A stretch of DNA of 63,901 nt, filler included. It is 5 parts of 5 records of this genome, joined end to end, with 100 filler letters (N's around TTAATTAATTAA, not from the genome) between each part and the next. Parts side by side here need not be neighbours in the genome. Positions count along the whole stretch, not along the records: positions 49,061 to 58,675 come from SRR22947727_3616; positions 58,776 to 63,901 come from SRR22947727_4298; 3 more parts are not named here. The stretch is one strand, 5' to 3'. The notes under the pieces were generated by a model. That model was not told the origin of the DNA and did no database searches. It saw nothing but the letters and a program-made list of their open reading frames with translations. Below are positions 51,457 through 58,863 of the stretch, in pieces (within the stretch, counting starts at the first letter, position 1; each line of letters opens with the position of its first letter). Both the position numbers and the translations under genes were made by a program.

Positions 51457-52930
51457 TGACGCCCTGCAAAGCGGAGTAGAGCCAACCAAGATTGCTTTCT
51501 TAGCCTTCACCAGAAAAGCCGCGGAAGAAGCTAAAGAACGCGCCGCTGCACGGTTTAAGCTGGACCCCAAAAAGGACCTGTACTTCTTTCGCACCATCCA
51601 CAGTCTAGCGTTGTCACTGTCAGACATAAGCCCCGAACAAGTAATGCAGCCGTCGGACTACCGCGAACTGTCGGAAAGTATGGGCGTACATCTTGTAACT
51701 ACAAAAAGCGTTAATTTTGATGACGATCTGCCAGACATGATGAAAGCGTCTGATCCAATCTTAGGGTTGATAAATCTGGCGCGTCTTAGAAAAGTGCCTC
51801 TGCGTAAACAATACGACATGAGCAACACACATCTTACATGGAACGAGATAAATTACGTCGATAGCTGCCTTGGGCGATACAAACAGGTGCGGCACAAATT
51901 TGACTTCACAGACATGCTGGAGAATTTTGTAATAGAAGGCTCCAACTTCTGTCCAAACTTCGAACTCTGTTTTGTGGACGAGGCGCAAGACCTCTCTCCA
52001 ATGCAGTGGGATATTGCCCACCTTTTAGATGAACGATCCAAACGAATGTATGTCGCGGGTGACGATGACCAAGCTATCTACCGTTGGGCCGGAGCCGACG
52101 TGGACGCGTTCATAAACCTCGACGGCGGATCAGATACACTAAGCCAATCCTATCGCATCCCCTACAGCGTACACAAAGTGGCAGAAGGCATAGTCAAACG
52201 CATTCAACGGCGCGTCGTAAAGAATTACGAACCAAGACAAGAAATGGGAGAAGTCGGATACTACCGAGATATTATGGACATTGACCTGTCAGAAGGCTCT
52301 TGGCTCATAATGGCTCAAGCCGGATATATGCTAGAACCCGTGGCGCAATACCTAAAGTCCTTCGGTTACCTGTTCGAATATCGCGGCTCACGGTCCATCT
52401 CCGCTAAGATTAGTGACGCGGTAAACGGGTGGGAGCAACTGCGTAAGGGCCAAAGCGTTACAGGGCAAACAGCGCGGAACATCTATGAGTACATGTCCGC
52501 TAAGGATTCTATCAACTCTTGCCAAAGAATAAAAAAGGGCTTTAAGCGCCTCAAAGGTTTGGAAGACGCCGAGATGGTTAACATGCAAGACCTAAATGTT
52601 AACTTTGGACTACTCGCAACAAAAGATATGCTTTGGCATGAAGCTATGGACCGTCTGCCAGAAAAAGACAGGGCATATATAATCGCACTGCTTCGACGCG
52701 GAGAACGCTTTAACGGAACGCCCCGTATCATAGTATCCACGATCCACGGCACCAAAGGCGGAGAAGCCGACAACGTTGTAGTGTTCTCGGACATTAGCGC
52801 AGCGGCTCAACAAGATATGACCGAAAGACCCGACGATATGCACCGCGTGTTCTACGTTGCCGTCACGCGGACCCGAGAGCGTTTGTTTATTATCGAAGGC
52901 GAAAACTTAAACAGGAGTTATGACATATGA
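51395..52930 (+). CDS. UvrD/Rep-like SF1 helicase
   Basis: GPPGTGKTT, AFTRKAA, VDEAQD, GDDDQAIY, STIHGTKGGEADNV and YVAVTR. Confidence 0.92.
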   Translation: MYRIFGPPGTGKTTTLLNKVDDALQSGVEPTKIAFLAFTRKAAEEAKERAAARFKLDPKKDLYFFRTIHSLALSLSDISPEQVMQPSDYRELSESMGVHLVTTKSVNFDDDLPDMMKASDPILGLINLARLRKVPLRKQYDMSNTHLTWNEINYVDSCLGRYKQVRHKFDFTDMLENFVIEGSNFCPNFELCFVDEAQDLSPMQWDIAHLLDERSKRMYVAGDDDQAIYRWAGADVDAFINLDGGSDTLSQSYRIPYSVHKVAEGIVKRIQRRVVKNYEPRQEMGEVGYYRDIMDIDLSEGSWLIMAQAGYMLEPVAQYLKSFGYLFEYRGSRSISAKISDAVNGWEQLRKGQSVTGQTARNIYEYMSAKDSINSCQRIKKGFKRLKGLEDAEMVNMQDLNVNFGLLATKDMLWHEAMDRLPEKDRAYIIALLRRGERFNGTPRIIVSTIHGTKGGEADNVVVFSDISAAAQQDMTERPDDMHRVFYVAVTRTRERLFIIEGENLNRSYDI

Positions 52931-53238
52931 GCCGAGAACAGTTTATCCAAACAGAAATAGAACGAGCCTTTGAGGCTGCAGATGATGATTGGAAAAAGCA
53001 ATACTTTGAGAATGCCGTTAAGTTCTTACAGAAGAATAGGTATTTAGAGGGGGGTCACTTGTGCGCTTTTTGCAGAGAACAAGGTATGCCTGACCCGCAT
53101 CACCATAACGTATGGTGTTCTATGGTTCGTGTTTTAAACCAATATGGTTGGATCACAAAGATAGGGAAAATAAAGCCTACCTGTAAACACACGCATATCC
53201 ACGAAGTTACTGAATGGGAAAGCAACTTGTTCCGATGA
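52927..53238 (+). CDS. Phage hypothetical protein
   Basis: AGGAG RBS, ATGA coupling at both ends, PHHHNVW motif. Confidence 0.7.
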   Translation: MSREQFIQTEIERAFEAADDDWKKQYFENAVKFLQKNRYLEGGHLCAFCREQGMPDPHHHNVWCSMVRVLNQYGWITKIGKIKPTCKHTHIHEVTEWESNLFR

Positions 53239-53414
53239 ACTGTTGGCACTGTGGGACAGAATTAATCTGGGGCGGCGATCACGATTGTGAGGATAATGAA
53301 GAGTTTATTATGGTCACTAATCTTAGCTGCCCCAACTGTCAGTCGTTTTTTCTGGTTTATTTGCCCGAAACAGAAAATGGGGGAGTTTCCCCCGATGGAA
53401 AGGTTTACGAATGA
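53235..53414 (+). CDS. Small zinc-ribbon phage protein
   Basis: MNCWHCGTELIWGGDHD...LSCPNC; ATGA overlap. Confidence 0.75.
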   Translation: MNCWHCGTELIWGGDHDCEDNEEFIMVTNLSCPNCQSFFLVYLPETENGGVSPDGKVYE

Positions 53415-53488
53415 GCGAAGATTTCAACATTAAAATATCGGTTCAGGAGCGAACAACCAGCAAAGGTTTGGACCTTCTCAATGATTAA
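53411..53488 (+). CDS. 25-aa mini-ORF, possible gene remnant
   Basis: MSEDFNIKISVQERTTSKGLDLLND; overlaps the upstream stop (ATGA) and the downstream start. Confidence 0.35.
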   Translation: MSEDFNIKISVQERTTSKGLDLLND

Positions 53489-53849
53489 TCGAAGGGAGGC
53501 TTACGAAAGATTAGAAAATCTTTTAAAAAAGGCAATGGACCCTGCTTGCTCCCCCGCAGAAGCTCAAGCGTGTAAGGCAATGGCGGATAAACTAGCCGCG
53601 GAACTAGGTATTAAACGACGTAAAAAGAAACGTAAAGAAAAGTTGTTTGTAAAAGGACTGTACACAAAAGCCCCGCAAGAAAGCTCTCCTGAATGGGTGA
53701 TGTTCACTTTAAATATTAACCGCGTAGAACTAATTAATTGGCTTTTAACAAGCGGTCGCTCAGAGTGGATTAACGCTCAAGTGTGCAAAAGTCGCGGCAC
53801 GGGGAACTTTTACGCAGAAGTGAATCAATGGGAAGACGTAAATACATGA
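53481..53849 (+). CDS. Phage hypothetical protein (DUF2786-like N-terminal helical hairpin plus a second domain)
   Basis: LLKKAMDPACSPAEAQAC..MADKL, a basic linker, then FVKGL..P.WV...INWL...WINAQV...FYAEVNQW. Confidence 0.6.
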   Translation: MINRREAYERLENLLKKAMDPACSPAEAQACKAMADKLAAELGIKRRKKKRKEKLFVKGLYTKAPQESSPEWVMFTLNINRVELINWLLTSGRSEWINAQVCKSRGTGNFYAEVNQWEDVNT

Positions 53850-54136
53850 AAAAAGAAGAAATATTAAAAAAAAGTGCAGAGTTAGTGACAGGCAACCGTG
53901 CAAAAGACTACGGTGACGCGCTCGAAAACTTTGACCGTATCGCCACAGGGTGGAACGTAATTCTAAACGGGGCAATAGCCTCGCATGGATACCTAACCGC
54001 GCAGCACGTTGCGCTTATGATGGATTGGGTTAAAACAGCAAGACTACTAAACACCCTAGACCATGAAGACTCATGGATCGACAAGTGCGGATACAGCGCA
54101 ATCGGTGGGTCTTTTTCGGGAGAAAAAAGTGAGTAA
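53846..54136 (+). CDS. DUF6378-like phage protein
   Basis: L..SAELVTGNRAKDYGDA.ENF.RIA..W and VALMM..VK.AR....HEDSWIDKCGYSAIGG. Confidence 0.8.
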   Translation: MKKEEILKKSAELVTGNRAKDYGDALENFDRIATGWNVILNGAIASHGYLTAQHVALMMDWVKTARLLNTLDHEDSWIDKCGYSAIGGSFSGEKSE

Positions 54137-56024
54137 TCTAACAGTAGGCAACGCGTCCCTTTTATCCGAATGGGTGCCTCCACACGAACTGCCAGACCTA
54201 ACACGCGCCAAAACAATTTCCATCGACGTGGAAACCAAAGACCCCAATCTTAAAAAGATGGGCCCCGGATGGGCTAGAGGTGACGGCGAAGTGGTGGGAT
54301 ACGCCGTGGCAACTACAGATTGGGCCGGATACATCCCCATCAGGCACCGAGGCGGCGGCAACCTAGACGAAAAGCAAGTTAACAAGTGGCTCAAAAAGAT
54401 ATTCGACTGCCCCGCAGATAAAGTCATGCACAACGCTCAGTATGACCTCGGCTGGATCAAGCGCATGGGCTTTGATGTAAAGGGCCGTGTGATCGACACG
54501 ATGGTTGTGGCGTCCCTGCTTGATGAAAACCGTAGAAGCTTCAGTCTCAACAACCTCTGCTACGAACTGTTAGGCATAGCCAAGTCAGAAAAACTATTAA
54601 ACGCCGCCGCGGTGGAGTTCGGGTTCGATGCCAAAGCAGAAATGTGGAAGATGCCCGCAATGTTTGTCGGGCCTTACGCACAGAACGATGCAGAGATTAC
54701 GCTTAAACTGTGGGACTACCTGTCTGTACAAATCAAACAGGAAAACCTTGAGGGCGTTACAGAACTCGAACTGGACCTCCTGCCCTGCCTTGTAGACATG
54801 ACGTGGCGCGGTATTCGCGTTGATATGGACAAAGCCGAAATAACGCGGAACGCAATCCTAAAGCGTGAGAAAGAAGTCCACAAAGAAATAAAACGTATCT
54901 CCGGTTGCGACATAGAAATCTGGGCCGCGGCGTCCATTGCCAAAGCCTTCGATAAAATGGGCATAGAATACTTTAAAACAGAAAAGGGCTCTCCGTCCTT
55001 TACCAAGAAGTTTCTGTCAGAACATCCCGATAAGTTACCTAAACTGATCGTAGAAGCGCGGAACCTCAACAAAACGTCCGGCACGTTCATAAACAACATC
55101 CTGACCTTCTGTAACTCAGATGGACGTATCCATAGCCATATAAACCAAATTAGATCAGATGACGGCGGTACAGTGTCTGGGCGGTTCTCCATGAATAACC
55201 CAAACCTACAACAAATCCCCGCCCGTGACCCTGAGATAGGACCAATGATCCGGTCCCTGTTCCTGCCAGAAGAAGGCGAACAATGGGCCGCTATAGATTA
55301 CTCCCAACAAGAACCGCGCATATTAGTTCACTACGCACACGTATTTGGTAAAAGCCAGAACAGAGTGCTAGGGGGCGTCACAGAGTTTATACAAAGCTAT
55401 AAGGACGATCCGCGGACCGACTTCCATACGATGGTGGCAGAAATGGCGGGCATCCCGCGTAAACAAGCGAAGACCGTGAACCTCGGTATTATGTATGGCA
55501 TGGGCGTGGGTAAGCTGGCGATTGAACTTGATCTGCCCGAGGAACAGGCCAGAAGCCTAATTAACCAGTACCATGAGCGGGTGCCGTTTGTGAAAGAACT
55601 GATGAAGGGCGTACAAAGTCACCTTAGTCAGAAAGGAAGCCGAGGCCATGTGAGGTCCCTACTAGGCCGGAAGTGTCGGTTTGAGTTGTGGGAACCAAAG
55701 CAGTTTGGAATGTTTAAAGCACTGCCGTTCGAGCAAGCGGTGTTAGAACACGGCAAGCACACTCCGCTGGTCAGAGCGTACACCTACAAAGCCTTAAACA
55801 GGCTGATCCAAGCGTCCGCCGCGGACATGACCAAGAAAGCTATGGTCGATCTGTACCGAGAAGGCTATCTGCCCATGCTGCAAATACACGACGAACTGGC
55901 TATGTCAGTAACGTCCAGAGAAGAGGCAGAAAAGGTTGCACTAATCATGCAAAATGCTGTACCATTGGAGTTGCCAAGCCTTTGTGACGTTGAGTTGGGT
56001 CCGTCATGGGGCGAAGCGGTATAG
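54129..56024 (+). CDS. Phage family A DNA polymerase with 3'-5' exonuclease
   Basis: IDVET, HNAQYD and YAQNDA (exonuclease); SGRFS..NPNLQQIP, DYSQQEPR (motif A), RKQAKTVNLGIMYG (motif B) and QIHDEL (motif C). GTG start at 54129. Confidence 0.96.
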   Translation: MSNLTVGNASLLSEWVPPHELPDLTRAKTISIDVETKDPNLKKMGPGWARGDGEVVGYAVATTDWAGYIPIRHRGGGNLDEKQVNKWLKKIFDCPADKVMHNAQYDLGWIKRMGFDVKGRVIDTMVVASLLDENRRSFSLNNLCYELLGIAKSEKLLNAAAVEFGFDAKAEMWKMPAMFVGPYAQNDAEITLKLWDYLSVQIKQENLEGVTELELDLLPCLVDMTWRGIRVDMDKAEITRNAILKREKEVHKEIKRISGCDIEIWAAASIAKAFDKMGIEYFKTEKGSPSFTKKFLSEHPDKLPKLIVEARNLNKTSGTFINNILTFCNSDGRIHSHINQIRSDDGGTVSGRFSMNNPNLQQIPARDPEIGPMIRSLFLPEEGEQWAAIDYSQQEPRILVHYAHVFGKSQNRVLGGVTEFIQSYKDDPRTDFHTMVAEMAGIPRKQAKTVNLGIMYGMGVGKLAIELDLPEEQARSLINQYHERVPFVKELMKGVQSHLSQKGSRGHVRSLLGRKCRFELWEPKQFGMFKALPFEQAVLEHGKHTPLVRAYTYKALNRLIQASAADMTKKAMVDLYREGYLPMLQIHDELAMSVTSREEAEKVALIMQNAVPLELPSLCDVELGPSWGEAV

Positions 56025-56038
56025 TCTGCTCTTCAACT

Positions 56039-56072
56039 CCCCCGCTTTGGTTCAGCAAGGCGGGGGTTTTTT
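56039..56072 (+). terminator. Intrinsic terminator after the polymerase gene
   Basis: CCCCCGCTTTG-N6-CAAGGCGGGGG followed by TTTTTT. Confidence 0.88.
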
Positions 56073-56073
56073 G

Positions 56074-56102
56074 TTGTGTATCAAGTGTTTATCCTATATA
56101 GT
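56074..56102 (+). promoter_or_regulatory. Sigma70-like promoter P1 (RHH gene)
   Basis: TTGTGT-N17-TATAGT. Confidence 0.6.
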
Positions 56103-56130
56103 CCCAGAAACTCGCACAAAGGCGCATAAG

Positions 56131-56307
56131 ATGGATACTACAAAATGGAAATCAGTCCTCGTTCCGGTCGAAGTTTACCGCGAACTGAAGATTTTATCGG
56201 CTATCGAAGGCCGCACAATCAGCGGACAGCTACGCTTCATGTTTGACCAATACAGCAAACTGAAGTCCGTCCGAAATAAGCTCAAGCAACACTACGAAGA
56301 GGCTTGA
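56131..56307 (+). CDS. Small ribbon-helix-helix (Arc/CopG-like) regulator
   Basis: MDTTKWKSVLVPVEVYRELKILSAIEGRTISGQLRFMF: a beta strand with alternating hydrophobics, then helix-G-R-T-helix. Confidence 0.7.
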   Translation: MDTTKWKSVLVPVEVYRELKILSAIEGRTISGQLRFMFDQYSKLKSVRNKLKQHYEEA

Positions 56308-56332
56308 CCACTCCCATATTATCGCGTATGTA
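56304..56332 (+). promoter_or_regulatory. Sigma70-like promoter P2 (candidate sRNA)
   Basis: TTGACC-N17-TATGTA, overlapping the RHH stop codon. Confidence 0.65.
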
Positions 56333-56337
56333 ATAAG

Positions 56338-56418
56338 TATCTCCTCATGAGATATTAATATGTTTGTTCTCCAATAAACATGGAACCCTCACCGAAATAC
56401 CCGCGGTGAGGGTTTTTT
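56338..56418 (+). ncRNA. Candidate phage antisense small RNA (~80 nt, three hairpins)
   Basis: Promoter upstream; stems TATCTC/GAGATA and ATGTTTGTT-CTCC-AATAAACAT; terminator AACCCTCACCG/CGGTGAGGGTT plus T-run; 56360-56372 is the reverse complement of 56554-56566. Confidence 0.65.
56384..56418 (+). terminator. Intrinsic terminator of the candidate sRNA
   Basis: 11-bp perfect stem, 9-nt loop, T6 at 56413-56418. Confidence 0.88.
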
Positions 56419-56431
56419 CTTGTCCAATTAA

Positions 56432-56454
56432 TCACGCTAACGACGTTAGCGTGA
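56432..56454. repeat. Perfect 23-bp inverted repeat
   Basis: TCACGCTAACG-A-CGTTAGCGTGA. Confidence 0.9.
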
Positions 56455-56507
56455 CGGATTTAAAAAACCTAAGACTAAGGGTCTATTCAAGCATTTATTA
56501 TTTGTAC

Positions 56508-56536
56508 TTGACTATCTCGTATAGTTGGTTTATCTT
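56508..56536 (+). promoter_or_regulatory. Sigma70-like promoter P3 (ParB-like/early operon)
   Basis: TTGACT-N17-TATCTT preceded by an AT-rich tract. Confidence 0.75.
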
Positions 56537-56564
56537 AGCTTTACTCAACCAAAGGAGAACAAAC

Positions 56565-57404
56565 ATGCTTGAGTCGCGCTTTCTTGATAAAGCAGCCGCA
56601 ACAGAACTGCTTAGTAATAACTGGCATAAAAACCGTAAAATCCACAGAGGTATTAAAGATCAACACGTTAAAGACCTTGCGTTTAAAATTACACAAGGCC
56701 GCTGGGTTGTAGACGCAATGGAAACGCCTATTCTAATTGATACAGACGGTATTTTATATAACGGTCAAAATAGATGTATGGCTGTAATTCTCGCTGACCA
56801 AGGTGTAGTGGTGCAGTGCCGCATAGAGTCGCCGGAAGAGTGCCGAAGACTGTACGCGTCTCTGGACCTCGGCAAAGCCCGATCAATCGCAGACATTACA
56901 GGATTAAACCAAAGCAACATAGTGCAGCCCATACTCTACCTCATGCGCTGCGCGGGCCTTGATGGACGGCTTAAAGATGAAGCCGTCGTATCGCGGATCG
57001 CGGATACTTACATGGGAGATATCTTGCGCCACTTCGATCAAAACACCCGTTGGGTAAAAAACAATCGGTGCTTTAATTCTGTTCAATTTAAGGCCGCAAT
57101 GGCGTACTGTGTTCATAGACGGGTATTGCCCGATTACGAAGCTATCTCGGTGCTTGAAATGTTGCAGAACAACAAAGACTACCACTGGCCTTCTATGTAT
57201 TTAAATTACCGCGAACAGATCATGTTTCCAAACGGTAAGCTAAATACTAGCGGTAAAGTCGTAGCAAACGATAAGTTCTGCCGAGGCGTTTATCTGATCG
57301 AACGCCGCATGAAACATCAAAGCAAAATTCAAATATCCAGCGGCTTTCTGGAGGACCTTGCTTCAAACCTTCGCCGCGTGATCCGCGAGGCTGCTGCCGA
57401 ATGA
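56565..57404 (+). CDS. ParB/Srx (DGQHR-like) domain phage protein
   Basis: A.ELL..N..NRKI....V..LA..I..GRW.....PILIDTDG.LYNGQNRCMAV and SLDLGKARS..D; RBS AAGGAG before ATG 56565. Confidence 0.7.
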   Translation: MLESRFLDKAAATELLSNNWHKNRKIHRGIKDQHVKDLAFKITQGRWVVDAMETPILIDTDGILYNGQNRCMAVILADQGVVVQCRIESPEECRRLYASLDLGKARSIADITGLNQSNIVQPILYLMRCAGLDGRLKDEAVVSRIADTYMGDILRHFDQNTRWVKNNRCFNSVQFKAAMAYCVHRRVLPDYEAISVLEMLQNNKDYHWPSMYLNYREQIMFPNGKLNTSGKVVANDKFCRGVYLIERRMKHQSKIQISSGFLEDLASNLRRVIREAAAE

Positions 57405-57619
57405 ATTATAAGATAGAAAAAAACATCCCCCTTCCCGCGTCACAGCGGAAAGGGAAGTTCGCTATCCTAGAGGATTTGGAAGTTGGCGACAGTTTCCACG
57501 TTGCAGATGTAACCGCGCCAGCGGGTATCTATTCAAAAGCAGAAAGCCTCGGGATCAAAGTAACCGTAAGAAGCATCCTACACCATAGCGGCGGCTTCAG
57601 AGTTTGGAGAATCGAATGA
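57401..57619 (+). CDS. Small phage protein (KIEKNIPLP...LEVGDSF...RVWR family), putative DNA-binding
   Basis: Recurrent phage motif pattern; ATGA coupling. Confidence 0.7.
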   Translation: MNYKIEKNIPLPASQRKGKFAILEDLEVGDSFHVADVTAPAGIYSKAESLGIKVTVRSILHHSGGFRVWRIE

Positions 57620-57915
57620 GCGACAAAGCTTGGCACATAAGCTACCTGTCCGCTATCGTCGGACCGTGCGCCGCAACCACAGATGACGGTTGTATGGCGT
57701 GGGAAGACACAGAAAAAAGTGACTTTGTTATGCGCCTACTTGACAGGGATAACGACGCCAAAAACCTCCTACTCGTTATTCAACCAGAAATGAATGAGTT
57801 GGCGATTTACACCCTGACCGGATACTGCGTGGCAAACGATCTGCCGTACATGATTAAAGATTGGGATACCCTGTCCGCAGAAGGGCAAAAAGAAGCCCAG
57901 AAAACGAGGCACTGA
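57616..57915 (+). CDS. Phage hypothetical protein
   Basis: GGAG RBS, ATGA overlap. Confidence 0.65.
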   Translation: MSDKAWHISYLSAIVGPCAATTDDGCMAWEDTEKSDFVMRLLDRDNDAKNLLLVIQPEMNELAIYTLTGYCVANDLPYMIKDWDTLSAEGQKEAQKTRH

Positions 57916-57917
57916 AC

Positions 57918-58121
57918 ATGATCCACCGCGACGAGTACGAACGCGTCTGCGAAGAAAACAGAAAGTTGCGGGACTTGGTTAAAGCCAAGTCCCCAATGGC
58001 TATGATGCAAATGCTTAAAAGGTTTCTGGGAGGGAACTATGACCGTACTGGAACAGTGGAAGACCCTAGCGAAAATAGAAAACGCCAAGATGCTGGAACC
58101 CTACGAGGGCCAAAAACCTAA
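57918..58121 (+). CDS. Phage hypothetical protein
   Basis: GAGG RBS; starts 3 bp after the previous stop; coiled-coil-like N-terminus. Confidence 0.5.
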   Translation: MIHRDEYERVCEENRKLRDLVKAKSPMAMMQMLKRFLGGNYDRTGTVEDPSENRKRQDAGTLRGPKT

Positions 58122-58332
58122 CTACGGTATCGTCAAAAATAAGATCAAAGGCGGCGGACCGCGGCTCTCGGAAATTAACCGCTCACTCGCCGCACAAAAA
58201 CTTTTGGAAATGTCCCAAAAAGGTTATACTCTGGAAGAAGCCGCCGTTGAAACAAACTCCCCAATAGAGAAAGTTCTAGGCCGCGCCAGACGCTATCAAA
58301 TCACGTTTAAAGGGCAAGAGGAGCTTTTATGA
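58039..58332 (+). CDS. Phage hypothetical protein with possible C-terminal HTH
   Basis: GGAGGG RBS; GYTLEEAAVETNSPIEKVLGRARRY. Confidence 0.6.
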   Translation: MTVLEQWKTLAKIENAKMLEPYEGQKPNYGIVKNKIKGGGPRLSEINRSLAAQKLLEMSQKGYTLEEAAVETNSPIEKVLGRARRYQITFKGQEELL

Positions 58333-58592
58333 GTAATCACCTATCAGAAGTGGCAGAGGGCATCATAGAGGCTTGCCCAACGCAGCTTAACCCCGATGAA
58401 ATGTCCACCCTGATTGCGTACATGATCTGGTCATACGGTATGCAGGGCGATTGGGACGATATGCTGCCCAAAATCGTGCGCTGTATAAATCTGGATGATG
58501 GACACGCCCGTACCGTCAGAGTGGCTAACAGAGACGCTATCAAGTTTCTGGATAAAGTAAGAGAGGATGTTAGCAATGCCAGACGCAGTTAA
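58329..58592 (+). CDS. Phage hypothetical protein
   Basis: GAGGAG RBS, ATGA overlap. Confidence 0.65.
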   Translation: MSNHLSEVAEGIIEACPTQLNPDEMSTLIAYMIWSYGMQGDWDDMLPKIVRCINLDDGHARTVRVANRDAIKFLDKVREDVSNARRS

Positions 58593-58675
58593 ACTGTTCT
58601 CCGAAATAGATCAGCAGTTCCTAGAACTGGAACAACAATTCGAAATAATCAAAAAACAACGGGAGACAATAGAAC
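58576..58675 (+). CDS. Phage hypothetical protein (3'-truncated)
   Basis: GAGG RBS; MPDAVKLFSEIDQQFLELEQQF stays open to the contig end. Confidence 0.45.
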
Positions 58676-58775
58676 NNNNNNNNNNNNNNNNNNNNNNNNN
58701 NNNNNNNNNNNNNNNNNNNTTAATTAATTAANNNNNNNNNNNNNNNNNNNNNNNNNNNNNNNNNNNNNNNNNNNN
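58676..58775. other. Artificial contig spacer
   Basis: Same linker. Confidence 0.99.
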
Positions 58776-58863
58776 CAACCGATGGAGTTTCTGGCGGATA
58801 TAGCTTTAACCGCACCAGCATTGTTAAGACCTGCATTTGTCGTCTTAAAATAAAGAGGTTTTT

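Larger units (their letters stand above)
49061..58675 (+). mobile_element. dsDNA bacteriophage (or prophage) fragment: replication and early/regulatory region
   Basis: All genes on one strand, many ATGA-type overlaps, SSB-primase-helicase-PolA module and many small hypothetical ORFs; no host housekeeping genes. Confidence 0.9.

Noticed and set aside
55954-56130. N-terminal extension of the 117-aa ORF
   Set aside because: It overlaps the polymerase gene and its terminator; the real start is probably 56131.
56338-56418. Identification as a tRNA or the known c4 antisense RNA
   Set aside because: There is no cloverleaf or T-loop, and I cannot match the c4 consensus by eye. It is kept as an unnamed candidate.
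56364-56564. 67-codon N-terminal extension of the 346-aa ORF
   Set aside because: It crosses a terminator, a palindrome and a promoter; the strong RBS marks ATG 56565.
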